Shown here: positions 1 to 11,268 of the stretch, one piece after another | Layout of the letters: each line of letters opens with the position of its first letter | Position numbering within the stretch: position 1 is the stretch's first letter | Source: Bdellovibrionota bacterium | GTDB taxonomy: Bacteria; Bdellovibrionota; FAC87; UBA2466 | Direction: 5' to 3' | Length of the DNA stretch: 64,000 nucleotides | Assembly: GCA_041749855.1 (NCBI GenBank) | Contig: JBGTAN010000037.1 | Coordinates: forward strand, 10,144-74,143 | The notes under the pieces: model-generated | What the model was told of the DNA's origin: nothing | The model's database searches: none | What the model saw: only the letters and a program-made list of their open reading frames with translations | Made by a program: the position numbers and the translations under genes

Positions 1-525
1 TCGTCGGACGTACTTTCGAATTATAAAGCCTACACCCTGCTTTCAGCAGCGACCGAGGCGCCTTTGCATTTGGGTGTCACGGAAGCCGGCACCAAGAACT
101 ACGGGGCGGTGAAGTCTTCGGTGGGTATCGGAAGTTTGTTGCTCGCGGGTATCGGCGACACCATTCGTGTTTCTCTAAGCACCGACCCGGTGGAAGAAGT
201 CAAAACGGGGGTCTACATCTTGAAGTCCCTGGGCTTGAAGAACGACGCCCCCGAGATCATTTCCTGCCCCAGCTGCGGTCGGGCCGATATCGATGTGTAT
301 GCCCTTGCTGAGGAAGTGGAGCGTCGCGCGTTAGGTCTGAAGAAGAATATTAAAATCGCTGTCATGGGCTGTGTCGTAAACGGGCCGGGCGAATCGATGG
401 AAGCCGATATCGGCATTGCAGGCGGTAAGGGCGAAGGCCTTGTCTATAAAAAAGGCAAACCCATTGGAAAAGTACCCGAAGCCCAGATGCTCGAATTTCT
501 CATGGCCGAAATTGAGCGGATGTAA
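1..525 (+). CDS. ispG: 4-hydroxy-3-methylbut-2-enyl diphosphate synthase IspG/GcpE, C-terminal part (5' end lies outside window)
   Basis: Frame continuous from position 1. Contains the conserved PLHLGVTEAG motif and the C-terminal Cys-rich Fe-S region (CPSCGR...GCVVNGPGE). Confidence 0.85.
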   Translation, partial: SSDVLSNYKAYTLLSAATEAPLHLGVTEAGTKNYGAVKSSVGIGSLLLAGIGDTIRVSLSTDPVEEVKTGVYILKSLGLKNDAPEIISCPSCGRADIDVYALAEEVERRALGLKKNIKIAVMGCVVNGPGESMEADIGIAGGKGEGLVYKKGKPIGKVPEAQMLEFLMAEIERM

Positions 526-598
526 AGCCAACCCGTGCGCAGGGCTGGCTTGAGAACGCGGACACCCGTGCACGCGTTTTCAAGAGAGCCCAGTAAAG

Positions 599-1585
599 TC
601 AGTTTAGTAGCGCCCGCATCTTTTCCACCAGCTGATTGGCATACGAGTTTGTATTCTTCCAAACTCGACCACAGCTTGCTTCTTCAATTCCCAATGTAAC
701 GTCCGTATTGAAGGCGTAGTAACTGCGCCGCTCGGTCGGTGCTGCTAGGCACTGAATCGGTTGCGAGGCATCATACAAGTAAGCGTTGGAAATCTGGCTC
801 GCCTGTAGCTGCAGCGTCTGAAATTCGGTCGCCGAAATCGTCTTGAAGGCGGTTTCCGCTGCGCACACACCATTCGTGCAAACTTGTTTCATGATCTGAT
901 AGGTCGCCGGAGGTGTCGGATAAATCATAATGACTGCACTGGAAGTCGAAAGTAGGCGGTAACCCGTCACTACATCCGAGGAAAGACTCTGAATTTTGAG
1001 TCGCAAGAGATCCTTGCCCGAGTTAACCGGGTATTGAGGGTATTGCGGGTACTGCGGATATTGTGGGTACATTTGAGGGATCGGGTAGGGATACCAAGGT
1101 GCAGGCACCGTAGGGGTCCAAGTCCAAGTGTTACCGCAGCCGTACTGAATAAAGTTCTGGTGGTATTCGAATCCAAACCAATGCACCTCACAGGTGTTCT
1201 GCTTCGGGTATTCGTAAACCGGAGTCTGGGGCTGTTGATCTAAGCCAAAGAAGGTCAAGCATTTGGATTTGGATCCAATTCGGCCGAAGACATCGCAAAC
1301 TTTGTCAGAGTCAAAGCCCATGAGGTCCCAAATGACGAAAGATTTTCCGAAGCGCTTAGATTTTGAGCCGAACAGTCCGCGTTGATTCCGAGTGGGTTCA
1401 CCCGCAATGACTTCGCATTCTTCGACATCATAGAAATCGCCGTCTTTTAGGCATTTGGTGGAGTAGAGGTTTCCGTCGGCCGCTCGCACGACAGAAAGCC
1501 TTCCGCCCTGACCTTGTTGCAGGGCCGGACCGCCGCAAGCTGAAACAAGAAGAACTCCCAAGATGGCGCTCGTTTTGCGAATCAT
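599..1585 (-). CDS. Lipoprotein with Pro/Tyr/Gln (QYP) tandem repeats, unknown function
   Basis: ORF track labels it +, but the reverse complement of 1584..1578 (gaatcat) gives ATGATTCGCAAAACG = MIRKTS, so the gene is on the minus strand. Signal peptide with lipobox LVSAC. Repeat YPQYPQYPQYPQYP present. Confidence 0.6.
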   Translation of the reverse strand: MIRKTSAILGVLLVSACGGPALQQGQGGRLSVVRAADGNLYSTKCLKDGDFYDVEECEVIAGEPTRNQRGLFGSKSKRFGKSFVIWDLMGFDSDKVCDVFGRIGSKSKCLTFFGLDQQPQTPVYEYPKQNTCEVHWFGFEYHQNFIQYGCGNTWTWTPTVPAPWYPYPIPQMYPQYPQYPQYPQYPVNSGKDLLRLKIQSLSSDVVTGYRLLSTSSAVIMIYPTPPATYQIMKQVCTNGVCAAETAFKTISATEFQTLQLQASQISNAYLYDASQPIQCLAAPTERRSYYAFNTDVTLGIEEASCGRVWKNTNSYANQLVEKMRALLN

Positions 1586-1798
1586 GCTGTTGCTCCCGAT
1601 AAAAAGTATTGCAAGGTGTTGCCAGGCCTGTTTCGTGCCTAAGCAGGACTCTGTTGCCGTCTACGGGGAATCGAGCGGACTAGCTAACCCCTCAGGATGA
1701 GAGGGCTTTGCGGACTGCCATTGCATTTCGCCAAGTGTCAGATTTGCAGTCACCATAACTACATGGAATCTCATGGGTTTCTCGGATATTCTTAATGC

Positions 1799-2503
1799 AT
1801 GGGAAATCGGGGAACGATTTTGACAGGGGCTCAAACGCTCTTTGTGGTGCTTATTGCCGCCTTCATGGGGATACCTGGATACGCTGAGGATCCCCCACCT
1901 TCCACGACCGAAACTCCAGCCGCTGCCTCGGGAAAAAAAGAAGGCGATCCTGATTTCGAGAACGAAGACACCTATATCGATTTGTCGGATGCGGTTCGCA
2001 GCAAACAGTACGTGCATCGAGCGATTCTGACGTCCCTTGTCCGCGATACGAACCGGTTTGCGGTGGGAAGATTCTACTTGAGCCACATGATGGGATTCAA
2101 CCAAGTGTGGCAACGTGGGGATGTTTATTCAAAGTTTTCGAGTGGTCTCCAAGGTCTCGTCTTTGGATATGTCACTCCCTGGGGGCACGGGTTAGAGGTG
2201 GGCGCAGAACTTTCCGCGGTCTCCAATGTTTTTGTCGGGTATCGGTACTACATTCGTCCCGAAAACTTCTCTCTCTGGGGCTTCTTGGGTGGCGGCTTAG
2301 GAACCGAAATTTCGCAGATAAATTTTGCAGAGGGTCCACCGGAAGCACAGCTTTACACCGGGATGAACCAGATGGGATTTCTCACTTTGGGAGTCTTGGT
2401 TCCCACTCTCGATGTAGGGTTTAAAGGCGAAATTCGTTTGAACTTCTACGGCGTGGATCGAGTCGTCTTCACGTCCGGGGTGGGCGTGATCATTTTCATC
2501 TAA
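1799..2503 (+). CDS. Secreted putative outer-membrane beta-barrel protein
   Basis: Signal peptide; alternating hydrophobic beta-strand pattern; C-terminus ...GVIIFI (aromatic/hydrophobic end typical of OMPs). Confidence 0.5.
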   Translation: MGNRGTILTGAQTLFVVLIAAFMGIPGYAEDPPPSTTETPAAASGKKEGDPDFENEDTYIDLSDAVRSKQYVHRAILTSLVRDTNRFAVGRFYLSHMMGFNQVWQRGDVYSKFSSGLQGLVFGYVTPWGHGLEVGAELSAVSNVFVGYRYYIRPENFSLWGFLGGGLGTEISQINFAEGPPEAQLYTGMNQMGFLTLGVLVPTLDVGFKGEIRLNFYGVDRVVFTSGVGVIIFI

Positions 2504-3660
2504 AAGTGTACTTGGATTCCCGGCATGAACGTCCAAATGAACTTATTCAATCCTGGAGACACAAACACTTGTGTCTCCAACTTCAGATAAACCTCTCCAA
2601 TCGGGAACAGAACCGCGGCACTCGGTACTATGTAGTAGGAGTAGCGACCCATTCCGACCGTCTGATCTAGATTCCACACTTTATCGCGCGTTACGAAGGC
2701 GCCACCCAGGCCCACGTTGATCCGGAACGGACTGTCCCGGTTGATGAACTGATAGCGGATGCTTCCCACGAATGCGTTATAAGAGAAGGACGAGAACTGT
2801 CCTTCCAGGAAGAACTTGTCCCAGAGCCGCACTCCCGCCTGCAGACCGATCAGGTTTGAGTTCCACAGCTGACGACTGGGTGGCATGTTGATCGCAGCAC
2901 CCAGCGATGCACTGAGATAGAAGCGACTGGTGATCTCACGATTCACTAGATTCAATGACTCGGGACTCGCAATCCATTGGGGAATCTCCGCCTGGAGAAC
3001 AGGCAAGCTTTCCTCGCGAGGCAATTCGAAATATTGATTGTTCAAGTACCTAAACAGAAGGCGCTTGATGAGTACGCGGGTGAGAGTGGTCGCTACCGTT
3101 TGCGGGTCTACAGCAGAACCTCCTGTTGCTACAAACTCAGGCGGAACTTCTTCGCTATGAGCGTAGAGGTTGTACGGGGTGCGTTTGTCGAACAAGAACA
3201 AGTCGACCGCATCCGGTCGCACGACCGGCACAATGAGAATGTCGGCCGCGTATCGTGCCATCGCGAATCGGATTTCTTCCATCGTCATCGCAGGTAGCGC
3301 GTATTCCTCGCGATGCACATCGCCTTTGCCGTAGCTCTTCACAGCGACTTCGACCGCCTTAGATATTTCCAGGCCCAGCCTGCTTGCGGTTGTTTCTGTC
3401 GCATTCATGACGACTACGTTTGCAGGTGTGCCGTCGCGCTTAACCAGTTTCTCTGTGAGCTTCTCTCGCAAGGACTTCTTCCTAGATGGAACCGAATCTG
3501 TTGGCGGAGTTGCGGACGAAGACGAAGGAGTTGCAGAAGTGGGAGTTGTAGAAACTCGTGCAGAAGAATTCGGATCACCTGCAGGAATTGCAGGCACGTC
3601 AGCGCACACGATCGCACTCGTGATCCAAATTAAAATAAAAAATGAAATGCGTCCGAGCAA
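2500..3660 (-). CDS. Secreted protein with S/T/P-rich linker and C-terminal beta-barrel-like domain (ends ...GIQVHF)
   Basis: TTG start; signal peptide; low-complexity TPTSATPSSSSATPP linker; terminal Phe as in OMPs; convergent with the previous gene. Confidence 0.5.
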   Translation of the reverse strand: MLGRISFFILIWITSAIVCADVPAIPAGDPNSSARVSTTPTSATPSSSSATPPTDSVPSRKKSLREKLTEKLVKRDGTPANVVVMNATETTASRLGLEISKAVEVAVKSYGKGDVHREEYALPAMTMEEIRFAMARYAADILIVPVVRPDAVDLFLFDKRTPYNLYAHSEEVPPEFVATGGSAVDPQTVATTLTRVLIKRLLFRYLNNQYFELPREESLPVLQAEIPQWIASPESLNLVNREITSRFYLSASLGAAINMPPSRQLWNSNLIGLQAGVRLWDKFFLEGQFSSFSYNAFVGSIRYQFINRDSPFRINVGLGGAFVTRDKVWNLDQTVGMGRYSYYIVPSAAVLFPIGEVYLKLETQVFVSPGLNKFIWTFMPGIQVHF

Positions 3661-3833
3661 AAAACTTTCCCTTCCTTGGGAAAATCAAACGGAGTTCTTC
3701 ACTAAACTTTTCGGACGTTTGGCTCATTTAGGTGAGGATAAACTGCTGTTTTTGCTTGGGATTGCTCATGGCGGCTTGAGCGGGTTGAGTTCGTGAAAAT
3801 AGGCATTACAATGCGCGGCAACAACAAGAATTC

Positions 3834-4538
3834 TTGACAGGGAACTGCGTGCACAATTTCAAGAATTTAACCGGATGCTCTCTGCGTCATTTTAATGTTG
3901 ATGCGGCGCGCGTAGCGTCTGACCTTGGCGGTTGGTGCGATGTGCCAGAAAGCATTTATACGGCGCATCCGACGCGCCGATCGGAGTGGTTTGCCGCACG
4001 TTTTGCTCTGCGCACGCTTTTGTCTCAAATGGGATCGACCTCGCGATTGGTCATGCACCCTGTGCACGGTTATCCGGAACTTCGGGATGGAGATGGGAAA
4101 GTAAATATGAATATGTTTACTTCTTGGTCTCACTCTGAGGATTTTGTCGCTGTTATCGTCGGTAAATCGCCGGTGGGGATAGATGTAGAGCCGTTGAATC
4201 GCGTGGTGGAGAAAGTTCGGGAGCGCATTGCTACGGATGAGGAGTATCGGCGATTCGAGGGTCAGGCGCCCCTTGAGAATGCTCCCCCCATTTCAACCTC
4301 GCTTGCTTTGTGGTGCGCCAAAGAGGCAGTTGCCAAAGCGACGGGCCTTGGGATGCGTTGGGGCCTGAAGAATTTCGAATTGAACGAACGGGAGGGTGAC
4401 CTGTGGTCGGTTACCATTCAAACACCGGGGCCACGGCCCCTGACAGACCCGGTCATACGGTATGAGGTTCGAGAGGGCTTCCTGGTAGCCGTTTGCGGGC
4501 ATCGGACTGAGCTTTTGGCCCCCCCGAGCTGGGCCTAG
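3834..4538 (+). CDS. 4'-phosphopantetheinyl transferase, Sfp/EntD type
   Basis: Motifs ...VGIDVE... and WCAKEAVAKATG (W/FxxKEAxxKA) characteristic of PPTases; TTG start uncertain. Confidence 0.65.
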   Translation: MTGNCVHNFKNLTGCSLRHFNVDAARVASDLGGWCDVPESIYTAHPTRRSEWFAARFALRTLLSQMGSTSRLVMHPVHGYPELRDGDGKVNMNMFTSWSHSEDFVAVIVGKSPVGIDVEPLNRVVEKVRERIATDEEYRRFEGQAPLENAPPISTSLALWCAKEAVAKATGLGMRWGLKNFELNEREGDLWSVTIQTPGPRPLTDPVIRYEVREGFLVAVCGHRTELLAPPSWA

Positions 4539-4585
4539 CAGGAGGGCACTTGGCATGTTATCGATGAGTCGAAGAAAGAAGTGAC

Positions 4586-6772
4586 ATGAGTAGAACGATT
4601 TTGGTGAATGCGAGCCACTACGAGACCCGGGTGGCGACTCTAGAAGACGGCGAAATCCGGCAGCTCCACATTGAGCGCGAGGAAGACCGAAACGTCGTCG
4701 GGAATATTTATAAGGGTGTGGTTAAACGGGTTTTGCCCGGAATGCAGGCCGCTTTCCTTGAGCTGGGACTCGAACGCACCGCCTTTTTGTACGTCGACGA
4801 CATCATCGATGAACCTTTCGGAACCGACTTTGAGGTTATCGAAGAGGAAGAAACAGAGCCCGGTGAAGAGCAAGAAGATAGCGCTTTCGATCCTGAAAAC
4901 TATCGGTACGAAGAAAAGAAACCTGCTGCGCCTCGGGGGCGTGGAAGGACGGCGCGCGGTCCCGAACGAGATTCGGAAGATAAAGAGGGCGGCGAAGGTG
5001 AGGCGGATCGGCGCCCGGCCGCTCGTCGTGGCGGGGGCCGCGAAGTCGAGGGCGATAGGGATCAAGAACAGGATACGGATAGAGACCGAGATTACGACAG
5101 AGACTATGACGATCGAGAGGATCGCGATCGGGATTACGACGAAGACCGCGACCACGATCACGATCGTGGCCCTCGTCATGATGAAGACGACTATGATCGC
5201 GATGGAGACCGGGGTCCCGACAGGGAGCCGGTACGTGAGCGCGAGCCGGAACGCAACCGCCCACCCGCGCAAGGAAGGGGCCGAGGCCCTGCACCGAGCC
5301 GAAACCCAAGAAGCGATCGGCCTCGCGACGAAGGACGGTCGGAGGGCCGCGAGGACGAAGGGGATCGAGATCGCGACGAGACCGACAATGACGACGATGG
5401 TCGTGGCAACCGTGGCGGTCCCAAACCGCAACGAGGACGGCAAGTTCGGGGGCGCTCTCCGCGAGGTAGCAGCAGTGCAGGTGGCGGCGGCGGTGGTCGA
5501 CGCCCACAAGGCCGTGGAGGCCGACCCGGAGGGCGAGGAAGATTCTCCAACCGACGTCCCCGTGGCAGCGCCAATATCCAGGATTTACTGAAAGAGGGCC
5601 AAGAGATTTTGGTGCAAGTCGCCAAGGCGCCCATCGGAACGAAGGGTGCGCGCTTGACGACGCACATCAGTCTTCCCGGTCGCAACCTCGTGCTAATGCC
5701 CACGGTAAAGCACTTGGGTATTTCTCGTCGCATTAGCAACGAGCGGGAACGTAGGCGCCTAAGAGACATCTTCACCAAAAAGATTCGGCCAAAGGATGTA
5801 GGATTTATTATTCGCACGGTTGCCGACGGTAAAAGCTACCGCGACATTCGCGCGGACGCGGATTATCTGATTCGATCCTGGGATCAGATCAACCAAGATT
5901 CGAAGACCAAAAGGGCACCTGCTCTGATTCACGAAGATCTTTCTTTGGGGATGCGAGCGGTTCGCGACTTTTTTACCGAAGATGTTGATTCCTTTATTAT
6001 CGATAATCCGGAAGAGTACGAAAACGTTCTGGATTTCGTGACCGAGTTCATGCCCAAGCTGAAAAGCCGGGTGAAACTCTTTAAAGGGCCTTCTCAGCTT
6101 TTCGAGCATTACGGAATCGAAGCCGAGATTTCTCGCGCCCTGGGTAAGAAGGTTTGGCTGAAGTCCGGCGGATACCTACTGATTGACCAGAGCGAGGCGC
6201 TTACGGCTATCGACGTCAATACGGGTCGGTACGTCGGCACGAAAAGTCTTGAAGAGACGATTCTAAAAACCAACCTGGAAGCGGTCAAAGAAGTTGCCTA
6301 TCAGCTTCGCATTCGCAATGTCGGCGGGATCATTATTATTGATCTGATCGACATGGAGAATCTGGAGAATCGAGAGAAAGTCTATCGGGCGCTTTCTGAA
6401 GCTCTAGGTGAGGATCGGGCGAAGACCAACATTCTAAAGATCTCCGAGCTGGGCTTGGTCGAAATGACTCGCAAGCGTACGCACGAAGATTTGGTTCGCT
6501 ACCTGACGGAGGCTTGTGCCGCTTGTGATGGGCGTGGCTACCATAAGAGTCGTCGTACTGTTTGCTTTGAGATCTTCCGCGAGATCGAAAAAGAAGGTGC
6601 TTCGAACAACAAGAACATTATGGTGTTTGCGCATCCGAATGTGGTGACGCGCATGATTCGCGAAGAGCAAGAGCACGTGAAGCTTTTGGAAAAGCGATTC
6701 GACAAGAACATCATTGTGAAAATCGATCCTGACTTTCACATGGAGCAGTACGAAGTATACGGAAGGGCCTAA
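4586..6772 (+). CDS. rne/rng: Ribonuclease E/G family endoribonuclease with a large internal low-complexity insertion
   Basis: N-terminal S1 region ([22 protein letters not shown]) and catalytic core ([24 protein letters not shown]; [14 protein letters not shown]; Zn-link CAACDGRG) align to the E. coli RNase G/E catalytic domain. Confidence 0.9.
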   Translation: MSRTILVNASHYETRVATLEDGEIRQLHIEREEDRNVVGNIYKGVVKRVLPGMQAAFLELGLERTAFLYVDDIIDEPFGTDFEVIEEEETEPGEEQEDSAFDPENYRYEEKKPAAPRGRGRTARGPERDSEDKEGGEGEADRRPAARRGGGREVEGDRDQEQDTDRDRDYDRDYDDREDRDRDYDEDRDHDHDRGPRHDEDDYDRDGDRGPDREPVREREPERNRPPAQGRGRGPAPSRNPRSDRPRDEGRSEGREDEGDRDRDETDNDDDGRGNRGGPKPQRGRQVRGRSPRGSSSAGGGGGGRRPQGRGGRPGGRGRFSNRRPRGSANIQDLLKEGQEILVQVAKAPIGTKGARLTTHISLPGRNLVLMPTVKHLGISRRISNERERRRLRDIFTKKIRPKDVGFIIRTVADGKSYRDIRADADYLIRSWDQINQDSKTKRAPALIHEDLSLGMRAVRDFFTEDVDSFIIDNPEEYENVLDFVTEFMPKLKSRVKLFKGPSQLFEHYGIEAEISRALGKKVWLKSGGYLLIDQSEALTAIDVNTGRYVGTKSLEETILKTNLEAVKEVAYQLRIRNVGGIIIIDLIDMENLENREKVYRALSEALGEDRAKTNILKISELGLVEMTRKRTHEDLVRYLTEACAACDGRGYHKSRRTVCFEIFREIEKEGASNNKNIMVFAHPNVVTRMIREEQEHVKLLEKRFDKNIIVKIDPDFHMEQYEVYGRA
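4826..5565 (+). repeat. In-frame low-complexity coding segment (D/R/E/G-rich; DRDYD and RGG-like repeats) inside the RNase E/G gene
   Basis: Protein segment EEQEDS...[31 protein letters not shown]...[22 protein letters not shown]. Nucleotide-level near-tandem gat/cgc/gac repeats. Generates spurious ORFs in the other five frames. Confidence 0.8.
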
Positions 6773-8124
6773 ACGGGCGTGGGGTAGTCGCCTGAGAAAC
6801 AGGCATGGCAGAATCCCGGGCCCGAGGCACTTTCGGTTACTTTCATGAGCCCCTCTAGGCTCAAATAGCCCAAAGTATCAGCGCCGATTTGTCGGCTGAT
6901 GGCTTCGATATCGTAGCGTGAGGCTAATAGCTCGTTACGGGTAGGGGTATCGATTCCGTAGAAACAGGAATACTTGGTCGGTGGAGCCGAGATGCGAAAA
7001 TGCACCTTGCGTGCGCCCGCATCACGCAAATGCTGAATGAGTTTTCGGGAAGTGGTTCCGCGCACCAGGCTATCGTCGACAATCACCACATCTTTACCTT
7101 CCACCACGCTCCGCACAGGACTTAGCTTGAGCTTCACTCCGAAGTCTCGAATAGATTGTTGCGGTTCGATGAAGGTGCGCCCAATGTAGTGGCTTCTGAT
7201 AATTCCCATATCAAACGGAATTCCGGAGGCCTCTGCAAACCCAATGGCAGCTGGAACGCCTGAGTCAGGAACCGGAATAACCACATTGGCGCCGCTGGCG
7301 GGTTGTTCCTGAGCCAACTGAATCCCCAGATTCTTGCGCATCTGATAAACGCGTTGCTCGTAGAGCAGACTGTCAGGACGGGCAAAATAAACATGCTCGA
7401 ACACGCAACGCTTGCGAGGTGCAGGAGCAAACGGACTAATAGAGCGCATGGCAGAGGGATTCGAAAGGGGGACGACTATCATCTCTCCAGGTTGAACTTC
7501 TCGAATATACTGAGCGCCCATTAAGTCGAAGGCGCAAGTTTCACTCGCAAAAACGGGGCTGCCCCGTAGTGTGCCCATGACCAGGGGACGAAAGCCGTAC
7601 GGATCCCGAAAGGCGATAAGCTTTTCGTGATTCATCACCAGGAGGGAATAAGCACCCTCGACCTGTCGCAATGCGCTGACTAAGGCTTTTTCAGGATCGC
7701 GCTCACGACTTCGCGCAAGCAAGTGAAGGATTACTTCTGTATCGCTCTCTGATTGAAAAATAGCGCCTTCGGCTTCTAAGTCAGCTGCCAGTTTAGCTGC
7801 GTTGGTTAGATTTCCGTTGTGCGCGATGGATAGCCAACCGAGTGAGCCTTTCATGTGAAAGGGCTGGAGGGCTGCGGCATTATTACTTCCACCGGCCGTG
7901 GAGTAACGAGTGTGACCAATTGCAGCCACCCCTTTCAGCTGAGAAAGGATGCCGCTATTGAACACATCGGCAACCAAGCCCGCGCGGCGGTGCACGAAGG
8001 AATGCTCCCCATCGGTAGAAACGATCCCAGCCCCTTCTTGACCCCGGTGTTGAAGTGCATGTAGTCCGAGGTAAGTCAGGTTAGATGCTTCTGGGTCCCC
8101 AATGATGCCGAATATTGCACACAT
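6769..8124 (-). CDS. purF: Amidophosphoribosyltransferase
   Basis: N-terminal MCAIFGI (Ntn Cys) and PRTase domain; overlaps the RNase E/G stop by 4 bp in convergent orientation. Confidence 0.95.
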   Translation of the reverse strand: MCAIFGIIGDPEASNLTYLGLHALQHRGQEGAGIVSTDGEHSFVHRRAGLVADVFNSGILSQLKGVAAIGHTRYSTAGGSNNAAALQPFHMKGSLGWLSIAHNGNLTNAAKLAADLEAEGAIFQSESDTEVILHLLARSRERDPEKALVSALRQVEGAYSLLVMNHEKLIAFRDPYGFRPLVMGTLRGSPVFASETCAFDLMGAQYIREVQPGEMIVVPLSNPSAMRSISPFAPAPRKRCVFEHVYFARPDSLLYEQRVYQMRKNLGIQLAQEQPASGANVVIPVPDSGVPAAIGFAEASGIPFDMGIIRSHYIGRTFIEPQQSIRDFGVKLKLSPVRSVVEGKDVVIVDDSLVRGTTSRKLIQHLRDAGARKVHFRISAPPTKYSCFYGIDTPTRNELLASRYDIEAISRQIGADTLGYLSLEGLMKVTESASGPGFCHACFSGDYPTPV

Positions 8125-10364
8125 TAATTAAATAACCCCGCCCAACGATCCGCCCACGGCTTTTTAAGGTCCGCAAGTTTGCTCAAGTAAACCGATGCGC
8201 CGCCCTGGCGCAGTTTGAATGCTTCCGAGTCATTCGTGGTTCCAATGACGTGGAACGGGATTCCAGATTGAGTCACCATGGACTCTATTCCCACACGCTC
8301 GGAAGGTTCGTAAGCGATCAGGATGCGTGGAAGGCCTTCTCCAAAGAGAAAGCGATCGAGATCCGCCCCTGGGGGACATGCCAGTTCGAGTCCAACAGGG
8401 ACCTTTGAGCGGAAAGCCATTTCAAGTCCAGCACTCAAGACGCCGCCGTCGGATACGTCATGCAAGGCCATCTCGGTTTTCGCCTGGCGAAGCCGTTGGC
8501 AAAGCTTGACCATGCGATCGACCATCGAAAGATCGGTGTCATCGGGTTGACCGCACTCTCGCTTGAAGACGCGGCTTGCTAGAACCGAACCCCCGAGGCC
8601 TGCCTCGACGGGACCCAACAATCCAATTTCGAGATCGCTGCTGTAAAAGGAGTTCATCGCAAGTTTTTCAGGACCTTCGATCAAACCCACCATTCCCACG
8701 ACAGGCGAAGGATAAATCGGATTTCCGTCGGTCTCATTGTAGAAGCTGACATTGCCAGAGATCACGGGGACTTTGAGCGCGCGACAAGCTTCGGAGATAC
8801 CTTCGACGGCCTCTTCGAATTGCCACATGACTTCGGGATTCTCTGGGCTACCGAAGTTGAGGCAATCGGTAATTCCGATAGGCTCAGCGCCTTGTGTCGC
8901 CAGGTTCAACGCGCACTCTGCAACGGATCTTCGTCCGCCTTCGCGCGGCGATAGCCAGCAAACACGAGGATTACAATCTGCTTTGAGCGCCAACCGAACC
9001 TGACGTTCCTTGACATCACGCAAGCGCAAGACGGCGGCATCGTCGAACGTTCCGCTCTCAGTCCGGTTGCCGACCATGGAGTCGTATTGCTCCACCACTC
9101 TTGCCGGATCCGCGAAATTAAAGTCCGTGATAACCGCAGCGATTTTGTCCGCAAGCGGCGTAGAGAGCAGCCGATTGCGATCCAGAAACCAACGTTGCTT
9201 CAAATCCCCGGGCGCAGCCACTGCGCGATCGGCCATGGGAGGATCCGTAACGAGTTCCACCGGCAAATCTACGACCAGCCTTCCCTTGTGGAACATCTTT
9301 ACACTGCGACCTTCCACTACTTCACCAATGACCTCACTATGAAGATCCCACTTGTCGAAGATCTTCTTGAGGCCCTCCACATGTTCTGGGAGTGCGACCA
9401 AAAGCATGCGTTCCTGCGATTCCGAGAGAAGTAGCTCGTAAGCCGAGAGGTCGGGTTCACGGGTGGGTACTTTATCTAAGTCCACGCGCAGCCCCGTTCC
9501 CGCTCGGTAGGCCATCTCAAACGAGGAGGAAGTGAGTCCTGCAGCACCCATGTCCTGGATGCCGATGATTAAACCCGCTTGCATTGCTTCGAGAGTGGCT
9601 TCAAGCAAGAGCTTTTCAGTGAAAGGATCTCCCACTTGTACGGTCGGCCGATCCAATTCTCCCTCGGTAGAGAACTCCCGAGAGGACATGGTCGCACCAT
9701 GCACTCCGTCACGGCCCGTCTTGGAACCTACGTACACCACAGGATTTCCTAGGCCGGAGGCGGATCCCAGAAAGACTTCGTCTTTGCGCAACAAGCCCAA
9801 AGTGAAAGCATTCACCAAGGGGTTACGCGTGTAGCACGGATGGAACAGCGTCTGTCCTGCTACGGTGGGAACGCCTACGCAATTGCCATAATGGCCCACT
9901 CCGTGAACGACACCACGAACAATCGACGGTGTTCGTTCCCACTCGGGCGACCCAAAGAAAAGGCAGTCCATCGAGGCAATGGGTCGCGCGCCCATCGTGA
10001 ACACATCACGCATGATACCGCCCACGCCGGTGGCAGCTCCTTGAAAGGGTTCGATGAAAGAGGGGTGATTATGGCTCTCCATCTTGAAGGCTACCGCCCA
10101 GCCATCGCCGATATCTAGAACACCGGCGTTTTCGCCGGGCCCCTGAACCACGCGTTTACCGGTAGTCGGAAAGCGCTTCAAAAACTTCTTCGAGGATTTG
10201 TAACTGCAATGCTCACTAAACATGGCGCAAAAGACACCCAATTCGGCAAAAACAGGGGGACGTTCCAGTTTGCGGCAAACATGTTGGTACTCTTCCGCGG
10301 AGAGCCCCAGGCTCAATGCTGTCTTCAGTGTGGCCACTTCGAGATCGTCAATACGAGCACTCAT
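8124..10364 (-). CDS. purL: Phosphoribosylformylglycinamidine synthase II
   Basis: PurL/AIRS-like domains. Likely true start is MSARIDDL at 10364, giving an ATGA overlap with the purQ stop; the track ORF extends to 10400. Confidence 0.93.
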   Translation of the reverse strand: MSARIDDLEVATLKTALSLGLSAEEYQHVCRKLERPPVFAELGVFCAMFSEHCSYKSSKKFLKRFPTTGKRVVQGPGENAGVLDIGDGWAVAFKMESHNHPSFIEPFQGAATGVGGIMRDVFTMGARPIASMDCLFFGSPEWERTPSIVRGVVHGVGHYGNCVGVPTVAGQTLFHPCYTRNPLVNAFTLGLLRKDEVFLGSASGLGNPVVYVGSKTGRDGVHGATMSSREFSTEGELDRPTVQVGDPFTEKLLLEATLEAMQAGLIIGIQDMGAAGLTSSSFEMAYRAGTGLRVDLDKVPTREPDLSAYELLLSESQERMLLVALPEHVEGLKKIFDKWDLHSEVIGEVVEGRSVKMFHKGRLVVDLPVELVTDPPMADRAVAAPGDLKQRWFLDRNRLLSTPLADKIAAVITDFNFADPARVVEQYDSMVGNRTESGTFDDAAVLRLRDVKERQVRLALKADCNPRVCWLSPREGGRRSVAECALNLATQGAEPIGITDCLNFGSPENPEVMWQFEEAVEGISEACRALKVPVISGNVSFYNETDGNPIYPSPVVGMVGLIEGPEKLAMNSFYSSDLEIGLLGPVEAGLGGSVLASRVFKRECGQPDDTDLSMVDRMVKLCQRLRQAKTEMALHDVSDGGVLSAGLEMAFRSKVPVGLELACPPGADLDRFLFGEGLPRILIAYEPSERVGIESMVTQSGIPFHVIGTTNDSEAFKLRQGGASVYLSKLADLKKPWADRWAGLFN

Positions 10365-11029
10365 GAAGCCACCTTTCCCAAGGAGCGAATAGACTTCCAT
10401 AGTTTTAGCCCATCTCGGCTTCGCAACTCGGAAGCCCGTTCCGGATGGGGCATCAACCCGAAAACATTTCCCTGCTCGTTACGAATGCCAGCGATATCGC
10501 CAGTGCTTCCGTTCGGATTCTCGAGGTAGGTGAATAAGATCTGATTCTGACTCTTCAACTTTGCCAGTCCGGCTTCATCAATCCAGTAGCGACCGTCGCC
10601 GTGCGCAATGGGAAAGACTGCTTTCTCGGCGACCTTCCATTCGCAGGTCCAGGGAGCGACGCTGTTTTCCACTTTCAGAGAGACGTCTTTGCAAATAAAC
10701 TTTTGGCCGGCGTTGATGGTGAGAGCTCCGGGCAACAAACCTGCTTCACAAAGAATTTGAAAGCCATTGCAAATGCCGAGCACGCGCCCACCCTTTGCGG
10801 CAAATTCCTTGATGCCTTCCATCACCGGAGAGAGGGACGCCATGGCGCCGCACCGAAGGTAGTCGCCGTACGAAAAGCCACCAGGCAAAACGACCAAGTC
10901 GAAATCTGAAAAAGAAAGGCGGTCTTTGTGCCAGACGGCTTTAACTGAGCACTCCATTACCCGCGCGAGTGTGTCGCGGGCATCGTCGTCGCAGTTAGAG
11001 CCTGGAAAGGTGACGACCGCCGTATTCAT
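10361..11029 (-). CDS. purQ: Phosphoribosylformylglycinamidine synthase I (glutaminase subunit)
   Basis: Class I GATase motifs (GICNGFQ, HPE). Real start [12 protein letters not shown]; the track ORF has a 19-aa N-terminal extension. Confidence 0.9.
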   Translation of the reverse strand: MNTAVVTFPGSNCDDDARDTLARVMECSVKAVWHKDRLSFSDFDLVVLPGGFSYGDYLRCGAMASLSPVMEGIKEFAAKGGRVLGICNGFQILCEAGLLPGALTINAGQKFICKDVSLKVENSVAPWTCEWKVAEKAVFPIAHGDGRYWIDEAGLAKLKSQNQILFTYLENPNGSTGDIAGIRNEQGNVFGLMPHPERASELRSRDGLKLWKSIRSLGKVAS

Positions 11030-11268
11030 TCTTTGATCTCGAAGGAAAAGGACTCGATGACAGGATTTGCTAAAAGCTTCTCGCACATCTGCTGAACGGA
11101 CGCGCGAGCGTCAGCCACTGAGTTACTGCCCAATTCAATATCGATGATCTTTCCGACACGAGCCCCTTTAACCGATGGAAACCCTACTTGTCGGAGTGAC
11201 TGTGCGAGCGTGTGCCCCTGCGGATCAAAGACAGCTTCCTTACAGAAAACAGTTACTCTGGCCTTCAT
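11026..11268 (-). CDS. purS: Phosphoribosylformylglycinamidine synthase PurS subunit
   Basis: 80 aa, located between purC and purQ, typical PurS sequence; 4-bp overlaps on both sides. Confidence 0.9.
   Translation of the reverse strand: MKARVTVFCKEAVFDPQGHTLAQSLRQVGFPSVKGARVGKIIDIELGSNSVADARASVQQMCEKLLANPVIESFSFEIKE

Noticed and set aside
2107-3633. Various 60-130 aa ORFs antisense to or nested in the two OMP-like genes (for example 2107..2424 +, 3313..3633 +, 3407..3796 +)
   Set aside because: Arg/Cys-rich compositions typical of the antisense of GC-rich coding DNA; each is fully contained in a better-supported gene.
4640-5817. Four long ORFs in alternative frames and strands (4640..5509 -, 4671..5591 +, 4836..5507 -, 5191..5817 -)
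   Set aside because: They lie entirely within the GC-rich repetitive insert of the RNase E/G gene. Their compositions are low-complexity mirror images (Arg/Pro/Ala/Ser runs) produced by the repeat, not independent genes.
8124-10400. PurL start at 10400 ([12 protein letters not shown])
   Set aside because: The ATG at 10364 ([13 protein letters not shown]) matches PurL N-termini and forms an ATGA overlap with the purQ stop.
10361-11086. PurQ N-terminal extension (MREAFSKS...) overlapping purS
   Set aside because: PurQ homologs start at [12 protein letters not shown]; the shorter start gives the typical 4-bp purS/purQ overlap.
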